From assembly GCA_965198875.1 (NCBI GenBank), contig CBDAPU010000001.1, forward strand, positions 1,544,996-1,608,995: 64,000 bases of DNA, written 5' to 3'. The notes under the pieces are model-generated. The model was not told where the DNA came from and did not search any database. It was given only the letters and a program-made list of their open reading frames with translations. A program made the translations under genes and the position numbers. Shown one piece after another: positions 61,644 through 64,000 of the stretch (within the stretch, counting starts at the first letter, position 1; the number at the start of each line of letters is the position of its first letter). Origin of the DNA: Gammaproteobacteria bacterium. GTDB lineage: Bacteria; Pseudomonadota; Gammaproteobacteria; Eutrophobiales; Eutrophobiaceae.

Positions 61644-62882
61644 TCATAGCTTCCCTATTACTTGTTCGTACACATTCTCATCTTTGAGATTTCTAATCGG
61701 CACCATGCCACCTGAGCGGACACTGTTGGTGATTTCGCCTTTATCTTTGAAGTTGACGCGGACTACAAACTTACCTAAGTGCTTCTCCCGAACTGCATCA
61801 AAGACATAAAACAAAGCGGGGTCTACCTTATCAAACAGCACGGCCTGTGGTTTTTCGATGTGCCTGGATAATTTTAGTAGCTCATCTGTCGGGATGTCCT
61901 TTTTGATACGCTTTTTCAAGTCTCTGACCATACGTCTCAGGCGTGCATCGGTCAGGGTAATCGCCAGATTCCGAGGCGCCATACCCCGCTGCTCCAAAGC
62001 CGCTACGACATCCTTATCCAGGTAGCCCACCACCACCTGTTTGTTTTGTACCTGATAGTCCTCAGCCAGTACCTGCTCTGCCCAGCGCTGATACGGCCGA
62101 TGCAGGTGGCGGGCGAAGCCAGGCAACTGTTCCAGGGCGGCGTCACGCAGGGCTTTGGGCAAGCTGGCGAGCCTTTGTCCGAAGACACTCTCCGGGGCCA
62201 GCCAGGCCTTGCCGACATTGTAATCCCAGCCCACACCAATGCCTTTGGGCACAGCGCCATAGACCTCGCCGGTGCGGGCATTGATGCGCTCCGTCCTATG
62301 CAGAGGTGGGGCCTGGCTAACCTGCTTGCCTTCCCGTTCTAGCTGACGTTGGCTTAGGGTGCGTACTGTGCAGCGACAGCCGAAACCATTCGGGGGGTAG
62401 TGGGTATCCCAGAAGGGGTCATCAAGGGCTAAGATGAGCCCGTGCCAGGCTCGATGCTCTGGCCGGACGCGGCTATCGCCCACCGACAGGTATTGCAGAT
62501 AAGGCCGTGTCTCTTTCGTGCGTTGCATCTGCTGCCAGCGACCGGCCATAGAGGCGCTACGCATGTTGTTATCGAAGATGATGCGGCTACGCCAGCCACG
62601 TTTGCCCTTGTAGCTCCAGCCGTATCGCTTGACGATACGGTCGAAGTCCTTACGGAAGTCGGTAATCGTGCCACCGGCTTTCCGGGTCTTTATCAGCGCT
62701 TGCCTGAAGTCACCCACCATCGCCACTTTGGTCGCCCCGGCCACTGCAAAGGCTTTGGTTCTGATATCACCCAGCAGGTCATCCCAGTGCCTGGTGGGGA
62801 GATCGAGCTTATCCTTGAGATAGGCAATGGCCTCCGGGAAGGGGACAGCGCCGAGCTTAACGTCTGGCATCGGTGGACTCAT
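61644..62882 (-). CDS. phage head-morphogenesis protein (Mu gpF / SPP1 gp7 family, PF04233-like)
   Basis: Signature block VGDSRVRPEHRAWHG...DDPFW..HYPPNGFGCRCTV (R..PEH...HG...W...PP.H..CRC). 412 aa. Confidence 0.75.
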   Translation of the reverse strand: MSPPMPDVKLGAVPFPEAIAYLKDKLDLPTRHWDDLLGDIRTKAFAVAGATKVAMVGDFRQALIKTRKAGGTITDFRKDFDRIVKRYGWSYKGKRGWRSRIIFDNNMRSASMAGRWQQMQRTKETRPYLQYLSVGDSRVRPEHRAWHGLILALDDPFWDTHYPPNGFGCRCTVRTLSQRQLEREGKQVSQAPPLHRTERINARTGEVYGAVPKGIGVGWDYNVGKAWLAPESVFGQRLASLPKALRDAALEQLPGFARHLHRPYQRWAEQVLAEDYQVQNKQVVVGYLDKDVVAALEQRGMAPRNLAITLTDARLRRMVRDLKKRIKKDIPTDELLKLSRHIEKPQAVLFDKVDPALFYVFDAVREKHLGKFVVRVNFKDKGEITNSVRSGGMVPIRNLKDENVYEQVIGKL

Positions 62883-63081
62883 CCATGCCGCTAAGATAGG
62901 CGGTAGACAGGCTAAGCTGAATGACTTGCGCTAAGGCCGTCTCATCGAGCTCCGGCAGCAGTGCTGGCAGGGCGGCCTCGAACTCATCGAGGGACTTGCC
63001 TTGCCTCTCAAACTCAATCAGCGTGTCATAGATAATGCCGGACACGGCGCCGTGCAGCCGGGTGAGACCCTGGAACTGCAC
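62857..63081 (-). CDS. 74-aa ORF immediately 5' of the Mu-F-like gene; possible C-terminal remnant of a portal gene
   Basis: GTG start; an in-frame stop lies 8 codons upstream, so it cannot be longer. In Mu-like modules the portal gene precedes gpF. No direct homology visible. Confidence 0.2.
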   Translation of the reverse strand: MQFQGLTRLHGAVSGIIYDTLIEFERQGKSLDEFEAALPALLPELDETALAQVIQLSLSTAYLSGMDESTDARR

Positions 63082-63191
63082 CCCCGCCAGGCGGTGTTTC
63101 TCTTAACCACCGGGGTGATTGAGAAAGCGCAGACCACAGCGCCCCCCGCTAAAACAACCCGCAAAGGCGCTCAGCCTAAGGAGACGAGAAC

Positions 63192-63491
63192 ATGACCAGG
63201 TATGACCTGCTGCCGCGCACCGCTGAGGGTGAGGTGGATGTGGAGAAGGTGCAATTCCCGATCCATCTGCCGCTACTCTCACCGATTACCGTCAATGGTG
63301 AGGCCATCGATGAGTTGGTGCTCCGTGAACCCAACATCAACGATATGGAGATCGCCGGACGGGAGAAGTCGGACATCCTCAAGATGCGCTGTCTCATCGC
63401 CCAGGTGGCCGAGCTTAGCCCGGATGAAGCGGGCCTGATTGGCGGGCGAGATACCCGCCGCTTAAATGAGTTGCTTGCCCATTTTTTATGA
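63192..63491 (+). CDS. P2 gpE-like tail assembly chaperone (E)
   Basis: 99 aa; ...ITVNGEAIDELVLREPNINDMEIAGREKSD...LIAQVAELSPDEAGLIGGRDTRRLNELLAHFL matches the short gpE/gp41-type tail chaperone pattern. It ends in the slippery heptamer T_TTT_TTA. Confidence 0.6.
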   Translation: MTRYDLLPRTAEGEVDVEKVQFPIHLPLLSPITVNGEAIDELVLREPNINDMEIAGREKSDILKMRCLIAQVAELSPDEAGLIGGRDTRRLNELLAHFL

Positions 63492-63631
63492 TGAACACTG
63501 CCGCCTTACGCCCGCTCATGGCCAATCTGGCGGCAGTGTTTCACTGGCAACCCTCGGAGATCAAGCGCTTAAGTCTGTCCGAGCTCAAGGCATTCCACGA
63601 CCTGGCCGCCGAGCGTAGTGGGGGCGGCTAA
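63192..63631 (+). CDS. tail assembly chaperone E' (E extended by programmed -1 frameshift)
   Basis: A -1 slip on T_TTT_TTA (63482-63488) continues ...AHF-FMMNTAALRPLMANLAAVFHWQPSEIKRLSLSELKAFHDLAAERSGGG* to the stop at 63629-63631. Combined length ~145 aa, the same size class as P2 E+E' (142 aa). Confidence 0.5.
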
Positions 63632-63879
63632 TCGCCCCCCAGGGTCAGCGCCATACCCATGAGACCAATAAATACGAGTAGAGCAAACCAGATCCCGAGA
63701 GTACCCACCAGCATGGCGGCGATCACATCGACACTCAGCCAGTCGACGTCCCCCGGCGGTAAGTGGATAAGCCACCAGGTGGCCACCGCACTGAACACCG
63801 GCAACAGATACATAAGCGCCATAAAGGCCATGTATTTGCAGCGGGCGATGATATAGGCAAGGTCATGGGTCGTGAACAT
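63628..63879 (-). CDS. 83-aa two-TM membrane protein encoded antisense between E' and the next tail gene (hypothetical; may be spurious)
   Basis: Two strongly hydrophobic helices. No family assignment. Location is unusual for a tail operon. Confidence 0.2.
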   Translation of the reverse strand: MFTTHDLAYIIARCKYMAFMALMYLLPVFSAVATWWLIHLPPGDVDWLSVDVIAAMLVGTLGIWFALLVFIGLMGMALTLGGD

Positions 63880-63899
63880 ACTTGCCAGTATAGCATCTC

Positions 63900-64000
63900 A
63901 TGAGTGAATTACACATCAGCCTGGTCATCGAGGCCTTGGACCGCTTCAGCGCGCCGGCGCGCAAGGTAGCGAAGGCGGGTGAGATGATGGCGGCCAGATT
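63900..64000 (+). CDS. 5' end of a large ORF, positionally the tail tape-measure protein (gpT-like), running off the window
   Basis: ATG at 63900 reads MSELHISLVIEALDRFSAPARKVAKAGEMMAAR... with no stop before the window end. It follows E/E' as T does in P2-like tail clusters. Confidence 0.3.
   Translation, partial: MSELHISLVIEALDRFSAPARKVAKAGEMMAAR

Larger units (their letters stand above)
61090..64000. mobile_element. prophage / phage-tail-like element (or remnant) inserted downstream of rpsI; continues beyond the window
   Basis: Mu-F-like head gene on the minus strand. P2-like E/E'/T tail module on the plus strand. A ~1-kb AT-rich non-coding leader (60593-61643) with iteron-like repeats and a 10-bp inverted repeat (CTTACCCACA...TGTGGGTAAG). 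Confidence 0.5.

Noticed and set aside
63659-63856. 65-aa plus-strand ORF between E' and the tape-measure start
   Set aside because: It is the antisense of the 83-aa membrane ORF and has a low-complexity translation. Neither is well supported, and this one has the weaker protein-like character.

Overview
This 64 kb window is chromosomal DNA from a gammaproteobacterium. Protein sequences and local gene order resemble Pseudomonas-type housekeeping loci: thiD-thiE-hemL, glnK-amtB, ubiK-comM, apaG-apaH, folA-thyA-lgt, divergent uvrA/ssb, cysI-DUF934, oxyR, coq7 and rplM-rpsI. Coding density is high. I call about 60 protein genes, one tRNA-Leu(CAA), and a 55-aa rubredoxin that the ORF track missed.

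Three regions look accessory or decayed:
- The left 7.8 kb carries a TetR-controlled catabolic operon on the minus strand: two SDRs, a Rieske oxygenase alpha subunit and TPP-dependent E1alpha/E1beta/E2, plus a VOC-family protein. It abuts a truncated 3' remnant of hemB.
- Region 8.2-9.3 kb and the ORF at 14.6 kb hold gene fragments, including a signal-peptide-less autotransporter beta-barrel and a frameshifted ORF pair.
- The right 3 kb, after rpsI, is phage-derived. It has a Mu-F-like head morphogenesis gene and a P2-like tail chaperone E/E' pair with a recognisable T_TTT_TTA -1 frameshift site, followed by a probable tape-measure gene start.

At least six intergenic loci carry short tandem, degenerate direct repeats with a recurring 64-68 bp period; one locus has a 111-bp period. 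Some of these loci share a motif, CTTGCGAG(A/C)GC...CATCATCATGACTT.

I can read a sigma-32-type promoter upstream of ibpA and a sigma-E-type promoter upstream of the DegP-like protease. The latter implies that the longest-ORF start for that gene is wrong.

I found no CRISPR array, rRNA or clear defence system. The most novel candidates are the catabolic island, the repeat family, the cNMP-binding/rhodanese fusion and the phage mosaic. All family assignments rest on motifs I can read in the translations, not on database searches.
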